64,000 bases of DNA from Candidatus Ozemobacteraceae bacterium (GTDB lineage: Bacteria > Muiribacteriota > Ozemobacteria > Ozemobacterales > Ozemobacteraceae). Under the pieces are notes generated by a model. That model was not told the DNA's origin, ran no database searches, and was given only the letters and a program-made list of their open reading frames with translations. The translations under genes and the position numbers were made by a program. Shown here in pieces: positions 35,612 to 44,976 of the stretch (positions are counted from its first letter, which is position 1; each line of letters begins with the position of its first letter). The DNA lies in NCBI GenBank assembly GCA_965140445.1, contig OZ223236.1:800001-864000 (forward strand), in the 5' to 3' direction.

Positions 35612-38332
35612 TTATTTCTTTTTAGCAGTTTTTTTGGCTGCTTTCTTAGGAGCAGCAGCTTTTTTTGCAGGAGCTTTAGCGGCTACTTTCTTAGGGGCAG
35701 CAGCTTTTTTTGCAGGTGCTTTAGCAGCTACTTTCTTAGGAGCAGCAGCTTTTTTCGCAGGTGTTTTAGCAGCTACTTTCTTAGGAGCAGCAGCTTTTTT
35801 CGCAGGTGCTTTAGCGGCTACTTTCTTAGGTGCAGCAGCTTTTTTCGCAGGAGCTTTAGCAGCTACTTTCTTGGGGGCAGCAGCCTTTTTTGCAGGAGCT
35901 TTCTTTTCAGCTTCAAGTTCTTTCATCGCCATGAGAACCTTCTCAGCGGTGAAAGGAGGCTTGGTAAGTCTTACTCCAACAGCATTTTTAATAGCGTTTC
36001 CGATTGCTGGAAGCGCACCATTTATGCTGATTTCACTGACGCTTTTCGCGCCATAAGGACCAGTTTTTTCATATGTTGGAACCAGGAAGGTTTCCAATAC
36101 TGGCATATCCGCTGTGCTCCAAATTTTGTAGTTTCCAAAGTTTGGATTGAGCATGCGGCCTTTTTCGTCAAAGATATACTCTTCAGTGAGAGCAAAGCTT
36201 ATTCCGTTCATTGCCGCACCCATGGTTTGACCATCGGCAAGAGTTGGGTTGATTGCAGTTCCGCAGTCAACGCCAGCAACGTATTTGAGAAGCTTTACTT
36301 CGCCTGTTTCAGTGTCAACTTCAACCTCAGCAAAGTGAGCAGAGAAAGGAGGTGGTGAAGCATGGCTTATATGGCTTCCAATGGCACCAATCTGGAATTG
36401 TTTATGTTCGTAAAGAGCATGAACACAAACCTGTCCAAATGTGACTTTATTTTTCTTGCCTTTGCCGTAACAAACGCCGTCCTGAATAGTAATGTCTTCA
36501 ACCTTTTCGCCCATCATACTTGCAGCAACAGCTTCAATTTGTGCTCTTACTTTTTTGGCTGTAGTGATAACAGCTCCACCTGTAAGGTAGGTAGTCGAAC
36601 TTGCGTAAGCACCTACGTCAAAAGGAGTAAAGTCTGTGTCTGAGCTGTAAACCATGAAATCTTCAAGTTTACATCCAAGAGTTTCAGCTGCGATCTGAGC
36701 TAATACTGTGTCGGAACCAGTTCCAAGATCAGTAGCTCCGAGAAGCATGTTGAAAGATCCATCTTCATTCATTTTGATGAAAACGGCGCCCATATCGATT
36801 TCAGGAATGGAGCTTCCCTGCATGAGACAGCACATTCCGACTCCACGTCTTTTTGTGCCTTTGCCAGGTTTTCCATGTTTCTTTGCCCAATCGATTTTCT
36901 TCATGCCTTCAGTTACACATTTTGCAAGACCACATGAACCGATTGCCATATCAACGCCTTCACGCCCTTCGCCGAGAGCTTTGAAGATTGGTGAAGATTC
37001 GCCTTCTTTGATGTGGTTGAGCTGTCTGAATTTGATTTGATCCATTCCGATAGCGTCAGCCATTTCGTCCATCTGACATTCCATTGCAAAGGCAGCCTGA
37101 GTAGCACCGTATCCTCTGTAAGCTCCACCTACAGGAAGATTTGTGTAAACAGTGTCGCCGATGAATTCAATGTTTTCAGCTCTGTAAAGTGGAAGAACCT
37201 TTGAACCACAGTTACTGAGAACTGTGAGAGCGTGGCTTCCGTATGCTCCAGTGTTGCTGATAATTCTCATTGAGATCGCAGTAATGGTTCCGTCTTTTTT
37301 AACGCCACTTTTAATGGTTACAACCATTGGGTGTCTTGTTCTCGCAGCCATGAATTCTTCAGCTCTAGTGAGCTGCCAAAGGCATGGGCGTCTTGTTCTC
37401 ATAGTAACAAGAGCACAAACGTCTTCGAGAAGGACTTCCTGCTTGGTTCCGAAACCGCCACCAATTCTAGGTTTAATAACTCTTATCTTTTTTACAGGAA
37501 TTCCAAGTGTTTGAGCGGTAATTCTTCTTGCATGGAAAGGAACCTGAGTCGATGTTCTTAAAACGATTCTATCGTCTTCATCTAGGTAACCCATGCATGT
37601 GTGTGGTTCAATTGGAGTGTGCTGAGCATAATGAGGGTAGTATTTTCTTTCAAATACCATATCAGCATCTTTATAACCCTTATTTACGTCGCCAACTGCA
37701 GTTTCAACGTGTGAAGCGTGGTTTCTCTTGGCATCGAAGAAAATTGGAATTGGCACATAGCAATCTTTTTCGTCATGGATGATTGGAGCGCCTTTGTCCA
37801 TAGCTTTTTCAGGGTCGAATACGGGTTTCAAAACTTTGTATTCAACTTTTATCTGTCTGCAAGCTTCTTCAGCTGCTTCAACAGTTTCAGCTGCAACGAT
37901 TGCTACTCTATCGCCAACAAATCTAACTTTGCTGTCGAGAAGATATGTATCGTATGGAGATGGTTCTGGAAAGCCTTGTCCGGCAGTTGTTCTAGGAATC
38001 CTGGGGACATCTTTCCATGTATAAATTGCTACAACGCCTTCTACCTTTTCAGCGGCTTTTGTATCAATTTTTTTAATTTGTGCATGAGCGTGGGGACTGC
38101 CAAGAACTTTAATGTGAAGCATTCCTGGTTTGTCTATGTCTGCTACATAAGATTTCGCGCCGCAAACAAGTCCCATTGCATCGATTTTAGTAAGGCTTTT
38201 GTTAACTTGCTCAAATTTGGCAGGTTTTTCAAAAAATAATGGAGATTCAGGAATTACAGATACTGCAGGAGCTACTTTGGCAGCTTTCTTAGGAGCAGCA
38301 GCTTTTTTAGTTGTTTTCGTTGTTTTTGCCAT
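35612..38332 (-). CDS. Xanthine dehydrogenase-family molybdopterin-binding subunit with Lys/Ala-rich tails
   Basis: SPHAHAQI, VRFVGDRVA, IGGGFGTK, AYRGYG, DLGTGSDTVLAQIAAE, GPYGAKSVSE. Confidence 0.93.
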   Translation of the reverse strand: MAKTTKTTKKAAAPKKAAKVAPAVSVIPESPLFFEKPAKFEQVNKSLTKIDAMGLVCGAKSYVADIDKPGMLHIKVLGSPHAHAQIKKIDTKAAEKVEGVVAIYTWKDVPRIPRTTAGQGFPEPSPYDTYLLDSKVRFVGDRVAIVAAETVEAAEEACRQIKVEYKVLKPVFDPEKAMDKGAPIIHDEKDCYVPIPIFFDAKRNHASHVETAVGDVNKGYKDADMVFERKYYPHYAQHTPIEPHTCMGYLDEDDRIVLRTSTQVPFHARRITAQTLGIPVKKIRVIKPRIGGGFGTKQEVLLEDVCALVTMRTRRPCLWQLTRAEEFMAARTRHPMVVTIKSGVKKDGTITAISMRIISNTGAYGSHALTVLSNCGSKVLPLYRAENIEFIGDTVYTNLPVGGAYRGYGATQAAFAMECQMDEMADAIGMDQIKFRQLNHIKEGESSPIFKALGEGREGVDMAIGSCGLAKCVTEGMKKIDWAKKHGKPGKGTKRRGVGMCCLMQGSSIPEIDMGAVFIKMNEDGSFNMLLGATDLGTGSDTVLAQIAAETLGCKLEDFMVYSSDTDFTPFDVGAYASSTTYLTGGAVITTAKKVRAQIEAVAASMMGEKVEDITIQDGVCYGKGKKNKVTFGQVCVHALYEHKQFQIGAIGSHISHASPPPFSAHFAEVEVDTETGEVKLLKYVAGVDCGTAINPTLADGQTMGAAMNGISFALTEEYIFDEKGRMLNPNFGNYKIWSTADMPVLETFLVPTYEKTGPYGAKSVSEISINGALPAIGNAIKNAVGVRLTKPPFTAEKVLMAMKELEAEKKAPAKKAAAPKKVAAKAPAKKAAAPKKVAAKAPAKKAAAPKKVAAKTPAKKAAAPKKVAAKAPAKKAAAPKKVAAKAPAKKAAAPKKAAKKTAKKK
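35615..35902 (-). repeat. 45-bp coding tandem repeat (KAPAKKAAAPKKVAA), 5 full copies plus 1 degenerate
   Basis: Repeated gcagcagcttttt(t/c)gcagg(a/t)gctttagc(a/g)gctactttcttagg units, mostly with synonymous variation. Confidence 0.95.
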
Positions 38333-38820
38333 TATTTTTTACCTCGCACTGTCTTGGATTTTTTACCGGACTTTTTAGCTGCATCCAATACAGCAGAGAT
38401 TCTGTGGATATATCCGGTGCATCTGCAAAGGTTGCCGTCGAGAGCTTCTTTTACATCGGCTTCGGTTGGATTTGGGTTGCTGTCAAGTAGAGCTTTTGCA
38501 GCAATCAAAGAGCCAGGATTACAAAAACCGCATTGAGTAGATCCAGAATCCACAAATGCCTGTTGAAGCACGTGTGGTTTTTCTGGGGTTCCCATACCTT
38601 CAACGGTTAGAATTTCTGTGCCTTCGGCCTGACCAGCGAGCATGATGCATGAGTTTCTTGGCTTTCCATCTACCATTACCGCGCATGAGCCACAACTTCC
38701 TTCGCTACAACCGTTTTTTACACTTTTATAGCCAGCTTGTCTTAAAACATCAACAAGCATAGCGTTTGGTTTAACTTCAAGACTTAAATCTTTTCCATTG
38801 ATCTTAAGGTTTAATTTCAC
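38332..38820 (-). CDS. (2Fe-2S)-binding small subunit (CoxS/XdhC-like)
   Basis: GCSEGSCGSCAV...NSC; QCGFC; NLCRCTGY. Start moved to GTG 38820 (RBS AAGGAG), which removes the overlap with the FAD subunit gene. Confidence 0.93.
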   Translation of the reverse strand: MKLNLKINGKDLSLEVKPNAMLVDVLRQAGYKSVKNGCSEGSCGSCAVMVDGKPRNSCIMLAGQAEGTEILTVEGMGTPEKPHVLQQAFVDSGSTQCGFCNPGSLIAAKALLDSNPNPTEADVKEALDGNLCRCTGYIHRISAVLDAAKKSGKKSKTVRGKK

Positions 38821-38830
38821 TGCGATCTCC

Positions 38831-39694
38831 TTACTTTCCAGCTTTTTCGAGGGCTTCCTCGATACAGCGTCTGACCAGAACTTCAAGAACTTCTTTTCTG
38901 TATTCTTTAGTTGCTCTGAAATCATTTCTGATTTGTGCCATATCAGCAACTTTTTCAGCTGCTTTTGCAATCAGACTGGAAGAAGGTTTTTCGCCTTCGA
39001 GAATTTTTTCAGCTTCATTGAAGCGAACTGGGTTTGCAGTAACAGCGTTAAGTGCAATTCTTGCATCTTTTACTTTACCAGCAGCCTTTGTAATTCTAAC
39101 GGCAACGGTTATCAATGAATAATCGTTAGCTGTTTTAGCAAATTTTGTAAAAGCAGTTCCAGTGTTTTTGTCGAAAGTTGGAATCTGGATTTCGGCGATA
39201 ATTTCGTCGTTTGCCAGTATTTCTTTGGCTCTTTCTTTAATGATGGTTTCAACAGGGAGCGTTCTTTTTGGTTTTCCTTTTCTGCATACGACTTCAGCAT
39301 CGAGCACCATAAGTGCTGGTGGAAGGTCGGACCATGGGAATATTGCTGCCAGGTTTCCGCCAATTGTGATCGAGTTGCGCAAAAGTGTTGAACCAATTTT
39401 GCCTGCAGTCAATCTAAGTAATTCTCCGGCGGGACCGGATAATTTTTCACATTTAAAAATATCCTGAACTGGTGTCATAGCACCTATAGAAAAAGACTTG
39501 GAGCTGGTTTTAATGTAATTCAGCTCTTTGACTTTGGAAAGATCAACCAACGCTTCAATGCTGGTATCTTTGCGCAAAGCCTCACTGGTGCCTCCGGCTA
39601 CAACAGCTGTTTTTTCCTTCTTGCTGCCCAGTAGTTTGCATGCGTCTTCTATTGAATCTGGATAATAGAACTGGGTGAGCTTTTTGAGCATCAT
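38831..39694 (-). CDS. FAD-binding medium subunit (CoxM/XdhB-like)
   Basis: AVVAGGT, LLRNSITIGGNL, SDLPPAL, DFRATKEYRK. Confidence 0.92.
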   Translation of the reverse strand: MMLKKLTQFYYPDSIEDACKLLGSKKEKTAVVAGGTSEALRKDTSIEALVDLSKVKELNYIKTSSKSFSIGAMTPVQDIFKCEKLSGPAGELLRLTAGKIGSTLLRNSITIGGNLAAIFPWSDLPPALMVLDAEVVCRKGKPKRTLPVETIIKERAKEILANDEIIAEIQIPTFDKNTGTAFTKFAKTANDYSLITVAVRITKAAGKVKDARIALNAVTANPVRFNEAEKILEGEKPSSSLIAKAAEKVADMAQIRNDFRATKEYRKEVLEVLVRRCIEEALEKAGK

Positions 39695-39753
39695 GCCCTC
39701 CTTTACCTTGTTAATAACGTATCTCTAGCTCAGTTCGAAAAGCTTAGCTATTG

Positions 39754-39783
39754 ATTATACTTTTCTGGCCATACTTTTGCCAA
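39754..39783 (-). promoter_or_regulatory. Candidate sigma70 promoter of the molybdoenzyme operon
   Basis: TTGGCA-18-TATAAT on the minus strand. Confidence 0.35.
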
Positions 39784-39931
39784 CTATAATGAGACAAAAA
39801 TTTTTACATTTTTTGTGGCTTGCCTGTTTTCGGCAACTTTATCAGTTCTTTTTAGCTATTTATGAGCCTTTTTTGACTTTGGTATTCAACTATAAGATAA
39901 TAAAGATGAATAAAACAATTGGGAGTCTATA

Positions 39932-41728
39932 ATGAAGAGATATACAGCCATAATTATTTTGTCTTTTTCTCTGATTTTTTTTATTAGCGGCAAAGCTTTT
40001 AGTGGCAATATTTTTGGCGAAATTTTAAAGGCATATAAAACCTATCAGGAAGTTAATATGGCCTTGTGGCTTACAGGGGATATTGGCGCTGAAAAGAGAT
40101 TTGGGAAAGAGCTTCAAATGTGGATGAAACTGACCACTAAATTTGAGAAGGACCCGAAAATAAACAATTACGTAAAAGGAATTTTTTATCGTCTTCTTCC
40201 CCAATACAAAACGCATGGACTGAAATATGACATTCATGTAATCAAGTCAAATCAACAAAACGCCTTTGTTATCCCCGGTGGACATGTTTATGTTTATACA
40301 GGCATGATCGATTTTGCAAAGAGTGACGATGAACTGGCTGCTGTAATAGCGCATGAATTAGGGCATGCCGAAAAAAGACATTCCTTGAGAAATTTTAGAG
40401 CTTCCACGGCTTTGGTGGCCTTGTTGAATCAAGCTGTTAAAAATCGTAAAGACAGAGAAACCTGGGGAGCATTATTAAGCAGTCTGGCTTTGATGAAGTT
40501 TTCACGCACCCAGGAAGATGAGGCTGACGATATTGGTCAGGTTAGAATGTATCGGGCAGGTTTTAATCCATCCTCGCAGATCACTTTATGGGAAAGTTTT
40601 CTTAAGAAGCACGGAGATCCCAAGGGGGTTGAGCAATATTTAAGTTCTCATCCGCCTTCCTCAAAAAGGGTTGAAAATGCAAAAAATAATCTGAAAAAAA
40701 TGAATTTAACGGAAAGTAAGTCATATTCAAACACCTTAAACATGTTGTCTGTTTCCCTTCAGAATTATCTGGCTAATCCAGGTTTTGAATCTGTGACAAA
40801 CGGTGTTCCTTCAAACTGGCAGTTCTCTGAAGGCATTTCCAAACTTGATACAACTGTTTCTTATACTGGTAAAAACTCTATTTGCATGTCTTCTGGAAAC
40901 CGCATGGGAAAATCTCGCGTTGTTTCTGATTTTATCCAGATAAACAGTACTTCAAAATTTGATTTTACTGGTTGGGTTAAGAGTGAAAATGGAAATCAAA
41001 GTGTTTCAATAGGGGTCGAGCTGTATGATTCATCAAGAAGGCTGAGAGATAGATCCCTATGTATTCTTAAAGGAAAAAAGCCTGCGAATGTTTGGACTGA
41101 AGTTTCTGGCACTATCGAAAATGGCAAAAACGGGCTAAGAATAGGCTCTAATATCAAGTATATGCGGTTGTTACTGCAAAGTGGATTGATGACTACGGGC
41201 AGTTGTTGGTTTGATGATCTGCGCTTAAAAGCTCTTGGGGCAGCTGATCCTGTGAATTTATTCAGCAACGGAGATTTTGAAGCGGCCTATAAAACAGGGG
41301 TTCCAAAAGGCCTTGTTGGCCCGGTAGACGCTATTTCGCGAGATTTTTCTGCAAAAAAAAGTGGATACGCATCTCTAAAAGTTTCAGGGACAGATCAGAA
41401 GGAAGTTGTTTTTGGTTTTGAACCTCTAAAGCTATCTAACTTCAAGAAGGATCAACTTTTGAAAGGCTCCTTCTACTTTTTCTCTAATAAACAGTTTCAC
41501 GGTCGTGTGGTCATTGAATATCTTGACTCAAAGATGGTTGCACTTTCTCGTCGTTTAGCTCAGGTTGAATTTGAAACACGGCCTGGCCAATGGCAGGGAA
41601 CTTCGTTCTCGGTCAAATTAGATAGAGAAAAAGATGAGGACAAATGGGCAGAGCATCTAGGTGTGAAATTTTATGTTACAATTCCTTCTGGAGAGGCAGT
41701 TTGGCTTGATAACTTCATAATGAGATAG
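39932..41728 (+). CDS. Secreted M48-family zinc metallopeptidase with two C-terminal carbohydrate-binding-like domains
   Basis: NAFVIPGGHVYVYTG, ELAAVIAHELGH, FSRTQEDEAD, YLSSHP; two NxxxNxxFE...WxDxx jelly-roll repeats. Confidence 0.85.
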   Translation: MKRYTAIIILSFSLIFFISGKAFSGNIFGEILKAYKTYQEVNMALWLTGDIGAEKRFGKELQMWMKLTTKFEKDPKINNYVKGIFYRLLPQYKTHGLKYDIHVIKSNQQNAFVIPGGHVYVYTGMIDFAKSDDELAAVIAHELGHAEKRHSLRNFRASTALVALLNQAVKNRKDRETWGALLSSLALMKFSRTQEDEADDIGQVRMYRAGFNPSSQITLWESFLKKHGDPKGVEQYLSSHPPSSKRVENAKNNLKKMNLTESKSYSNTLNMLSVSLQNYLANPGFESVTNGVPSNWQFSEGISKLDTTVSYTGKNSICMSSGNRMGKSRVVSDFIQINSTSKFDFTGWVKSENGNQSVSIGVELYDSSRRLRDRSLCILKGKKPANVWTEVSGTIENGKNGLRIGSNIKYMRLLLQSGLMTTGSCWFDDLRLKALGAADPVNLFSNGDFEAAYKTGVPKGLVGPVDAISRDFSAKKSGYASLKVSGTDQKEVVFGFEPLKLSNFKKDQLLKGSFYFFSNKQFHGRVVIEYLDSKMVALSRRLAQVEFETRPGQWQGTSFSVKLDREKDEDKWAEHLGVKFYVTIPSGEAVWLDNFIMR

Positions 41729-41735
41729 GCTTCTT

Positions 41736-43487
41736 ATGCCAAAAAATACCATAAAAATTAAACCGGCAAAATTGCGGGTTTTTTATCAGTTCCTTATTCC
41801 AATTGGTGTTTTGCTGCTTTGTTTTACTTATGTGCAACGAAATGTAATTGATGAACTTTTTAAAAGCATACAATCATGTCTTGTGGATTCTACTAGTCGA
41901 AACATAAATCATGCTGAGTCAGAGATTAGTTCTTTGTTACTAAAGCAGGGTGAGGAACTTCTAAAATTTAATACCCGCGCACTTTTAAACGAGGAATTGG
42001 CTTATTTGGAAAGGGAAGCAGCCAGGTCTGAAAATGGTTTCTATTCTACCCCAGAGAGGCTTGCTGAATTTTGTATTAACGATATCGGCTTCCAAAAGAT
42101 TGCTTTAAAAACATTTGGGAAGTATGGATACACCAATGCCTCAGTAAGAAGTGGAGAGAAGCTTATCTCGATAGCTCATCCCAAGAATGATTTGCTCGGA
42201 AAAGACCTTTTTGCGGTTAATGATTCTATGCCAGACGATGATAAAGTTAAGCAGAAAGCTGATGAATTCGGACGTCACTGGAAATACATGATCTCTGGGA
42301 AGATCGAGTATGAGCAGACTTCAACTTTTTTACCCATGCATCTGCCAGCTGAAATTGGAAGGAAAAAAATTGCTTATCATATTTGGGGAGAATTTAAAAA
42401 AATTCCTATTGTCGTAGAAACAACCGCCTATCTTGGGGAGTTCTTAATTCCTGTAAAAAACGTGAAAAATCAGCACCAGAGCATTTTGAATGAAATTGTT
42501 GCTCATACCCTTGAAAATGAATCATTTCTGAAGCAGCAGACTTTTTGGCTGGCGATTGCATTTCTAGTTCTGGTTTTTGGTGTGACTGCGGTGGCATATT
42601 TTAGAGTTGTGGAGAGACCAATTAGAAAAATTATTAAGGGGTTAGAAGCTTTTGCTGATGGTAATTTTGAAAAGAGGATAAATTGCTCTACCGGGAATGA
42701 GCTGGGCCAGATTGCTTCTATTTCTAACCAGATGGCAGAAAAGCTGGCTATAACTGTTCACTCATTAGAAGATTTGAATAAAAATTTAGAACACAAAGTT
42801 GAAGAGAGAACCTTAGAGCTCGAAAAGACTAATAAAGAACTGGAAAAAAGAACAGAGGAATCTGATCGCTTGTTACTAAATACTTTGCCTGCCTCTATTG
42901 CCGCCAGATTGAAGGCTGGAGAAGAGCTTATTGTTGATGGCTTTGCGATGGCGACTGTTTTATTTACTGATTTTAAAGGGTTCACCTCAATTAGTGAAAC
43001 TGTTACTCCAGAGCGTTTGGTTGGTGAACTAAATGAAATCTTTGCAGAGTTTGACCATTTATGCCTTGAGTATGGAATTGAAAAGATTAAAACAATTGGA
43101 GATGCATACATGGCAGTGGGAGGAGTTCCAGTCCCTGATTCAGATCACCCTGAAAAAGTTGTAAGATTGGGAATAGCAATGCGAGATGTTATTTCAGCAA
43201 GATTGGAAGATAAAAGCAAACTTCCTTTTAAGATTAGGGTTGGAATTCATTCTGGTTCATTGATTGCTGGTGTTATTGGTAAAAGTAAATTTACTTATGA
43301 TTTGTGGGGAGATACGGTAAATATTGCTAGTCGGTGCGAATCAACTTCTGAACCTATGAAAGTTAATCTTTCTGAGAACACATACAAATTGGTTAAGGAC
43401 AAATTTTCCATAGAATCTCGCGGCTTGATTTCGGCAAAAGGAAAAGGGGAGCTCCCAATGTACTTTGCTGAATTAAAAAGCTCCTGA
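41736..43487 (+). CDS. Membrane class III adenylate cyclase with HAMP domain
   Basis: VLFTDFKGFT, EKIKTIGDAYM, YDLWGDTVNIASR; HAMP motif NELGQIASISNQM. Confidence 0.92.
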   Translation: MPKNTIKIKPAKLRVFYQFLIPIGVLLLCFTYVQRNVIDELFKSIQSCLVDSTSRNINHAESEISSLLLKQGEELLKFNTRALLNEELAYLEREAARSENGFYSTPERLAEFCINDIGFQKIALKTFGKYGYTNASVRSGEKLISIAHPKNDLLGKDLFAVNDSMPDDDKVKQKADEFGRHWKYMISGKIEYEQTSTFLPMHLPAEIGRKKIAYHIWGEFKKIPIVVETTAYLGEFLIPVKNVKNQHQSILNEIVAHTLENESFLKQQTFWLAIAFLVLVFGVTAVAYFRVVERPIRKIIKGLEAFADGNFEKRINCSTGNELGQIASISNQMAEKLAITVHSLEDLNKNLEHKVEERTLELEKTNKELEKRTEESDRLLLNTLPASIAARLKAGEELIVDGFAMATVLFTDFKGFTSISETVTPERLVGELNEIFAEFDHLCLEYGIEKIKTIGDAYMAVGGVPVPDSDHPEKVVRLGIAMRDVISARLEDKSKLPFKIRVGIHSGSLIAGVIGKSKFTYDLWGDTVNIASRCESTSEPMKVNLSENTYKLVKDKFSIESRGLISAKGKGELPMYFAELKSS

Positions 43488-43547
43488 ATCTGTAATACTA
43501 GATAATATTCTATTGAGCTGGTAGAATCAGGTTTGAGGTGTCAGATT

Positions 43548-44315
43548 ATGAATAAGCACTTGTGTTTAATTTCTCTGTTTTTCTGGAGTTTTCTGACCTC
43601 TACTTTTGCTTGCGATATGAGTCTTATATCTCTGATTTCTGGTGAAGACTCAAACAGCTCGTTCATTGGACGAGTTGCAAGTGTAAGCGCTACAATCAAA
43701 AGTCTTGGGGAAGTTGCACTTGATGCTGAAAAGTCCGCTCCAATTCTGGAAAAGCTCATGAAGGAGTGGATGGAATTTGATATCAACTTTGGCCAGTATC
43801 CTCCGGATTGGGCAAAAAATGACAGCAAATGGAAGACAAAATTAAAGGTAATTTCAAATGGGATCGGAAAGATCAGGCTTGCATATCAAAATAAAGATCT
43901 AGAGTTCGCTCACAACACAGTTTTATCAATTTCCAGAAAAATCAGCAGGCTTTTTGAATTCATGCCAATGGACGAAGCAAACAGAAGCCTGGTAAAGTTT
44001 GCTATATATATTGATGATCTTTGGGATGCTTTTTATGCGGATGACAAGGCAAGTTTTGGTGAAATAATAGAAGTTTTTGAAAATGATGCTATTTCGTTTA
44101 GCGCAAAGTTGTCAAAGCAAAAGCAATTGATAACCCAGGATTTTCTTGTGAGGGTAAATGAAGTTAAATTATTTTCCACTCCACGGCCACCGGCCATGTC
44201 AAACATGTTAAAAAGCAACCTTGAACTGATTGAAAAGTCATTTGTGAATTTGAATCTGGCTTTTTCCAAACAAACATTAGGAAGATTGCCAGATCAGAAT
44301 GAAGAGAGGAGATAA
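43548..44315 (+). CDS. Hypothetical exported alpha-helical protein
   Basis: ATG 43548 after RBS GAGGTG; signal peptide ending TFA. Confidence 0.6.
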   Translation: MNKHLCLISLFFWSFLTSTFACDMSLISLISGEDSNSSFIGRVASVSATIKSLGEVALDAEKSAPILEKLMKEWMEFDINFGQYPPDWAKNDSKWKTKLKVISNGIGKIRLAYQNKDLEFAHNTVLSISRKISRLFEFMPMDEANRSLVKFAIYIDDLWDAFYADDKASFGEIIEVFENDAISFSAKLSKQKQLITQDFLVRVNEVKLFSTPRPPAMSNMLKSNLELIEKSFVNLNLAFSKQTLGRLPDQNEERR

Positions 44316-44317
44316 AA

Positions 44318-44920
44318 GTGTTAAGTCGCAATGAATTTGATGAATGGACAGAAAAAGCCTTTGCTTTCCATACCAAAAGGGCGCCAGGTATTGTGATTGG
44401 TGTCGCAATGGTTGATCTGGCAAAAGAAAAGCTTGGTCAGGTAAAAACACGTTTAAATGCAATCGCTGAAACTCAGGCCTGTATTGTTGATGTTATCCAG
44501 ATAATGCTGGGCTGCACTGTTGGTAATAAGTATCTTCGGGTTGTAAAAGAACTTGGACATTATGCGTTAACTCTTTTCGATCGTTTTGATGGAAGAGGGG
44601 TGAGAGTTTTTGTAGATGTAAGCAAGATAGACCCTGAAAAAACTCCCGAGCTGGCAAGATTTTTTAAAAGAACCAGAGACCCCGAAGTGAAGAAGGGTGG
44701 GGAAGCAAGGATTAAATCAGGGCAAAAAATCATTAAAGAATTTCATTCAATTGATAGGGACATTTTTGGAGTGGAAAATGTTCGTGTGATCGATCATGAT
44801 AAACCTCCAATGCTGCCTGCAGGAGTTTGTGAAGGGTGCGGTGAATCCTTTTTGGCTGTTGCAGACGAGAAGAAATGTCAGAGTTGCACTGGAAAACTAA
44901 AATATTTTGAATTAATGTAG
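44318..44920 (+). CDS. FmdE-family protein with C-terminal zinc finger
   Basis: FH..APGIVIG, AETQACIVDVIQIMLGCTVGN, GRGVRV; C-terminal CEGCGESF...CQSC. Confidence 0.8.
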   Translation: MLSRNEFDEWTEKAFAFHTKRAPGIVIGVAMVDLAKEKLGQVKTRLNAIAETQACIVDVIQIMLGCTVGNKYLRVVKELGHYALTLFDRFDGRGVRVFVDVSKIDPEKTPELARFFKRTRDPEVKKGGEARIKSGQKIIKEFHSIDRDIFGVENVRVIDHDKPPMLPAGVCEGCGESFLAVADEKKCQSCTGKLKYFELM

Positions 44921-44925
44921 TTTAA

Positions 44926-44974
44926 AAAAGAAAAAGCCTTCAAAGTTAAAACAACTTTGAAGGCCTTTTCTTTT
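44926..44974. terminator. Bidirectional intrinsic terminator
   Basis: 12-bp stem GCCTTCAAAGTT/AACTTTGAAGGC with A-rich and T-rich flanks, between convergent genes. Confidence 0.75.
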
Positions 44975-44976
44975 GT

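Noticed and set aside
35615..35902. Possible CRISPR array
   Set aside because: Contiguous in-frame 45-bp repeats with no unique spacers and no cas genes.
35634..36056. 140-aa plus-strand ORF of AAFFAGALAATFLG repeats
   Set aside because: Antisense shadow of the PAKK coding repeat; no RBS.
38821..38970. N-terminal extension of the 2Fe-2S subunit in the ORF track
   Set aside because: Overlaps the FAD subunit gene; GTG 38820 has a strong RBS and matches the family N-terminus.
39695..39931. Moco/purine riboswitch upstream of the molybdoenzyme operon
   Set aside because: The candidate promoter leaves only a short leader and no convincing multi-stem structure is visible.
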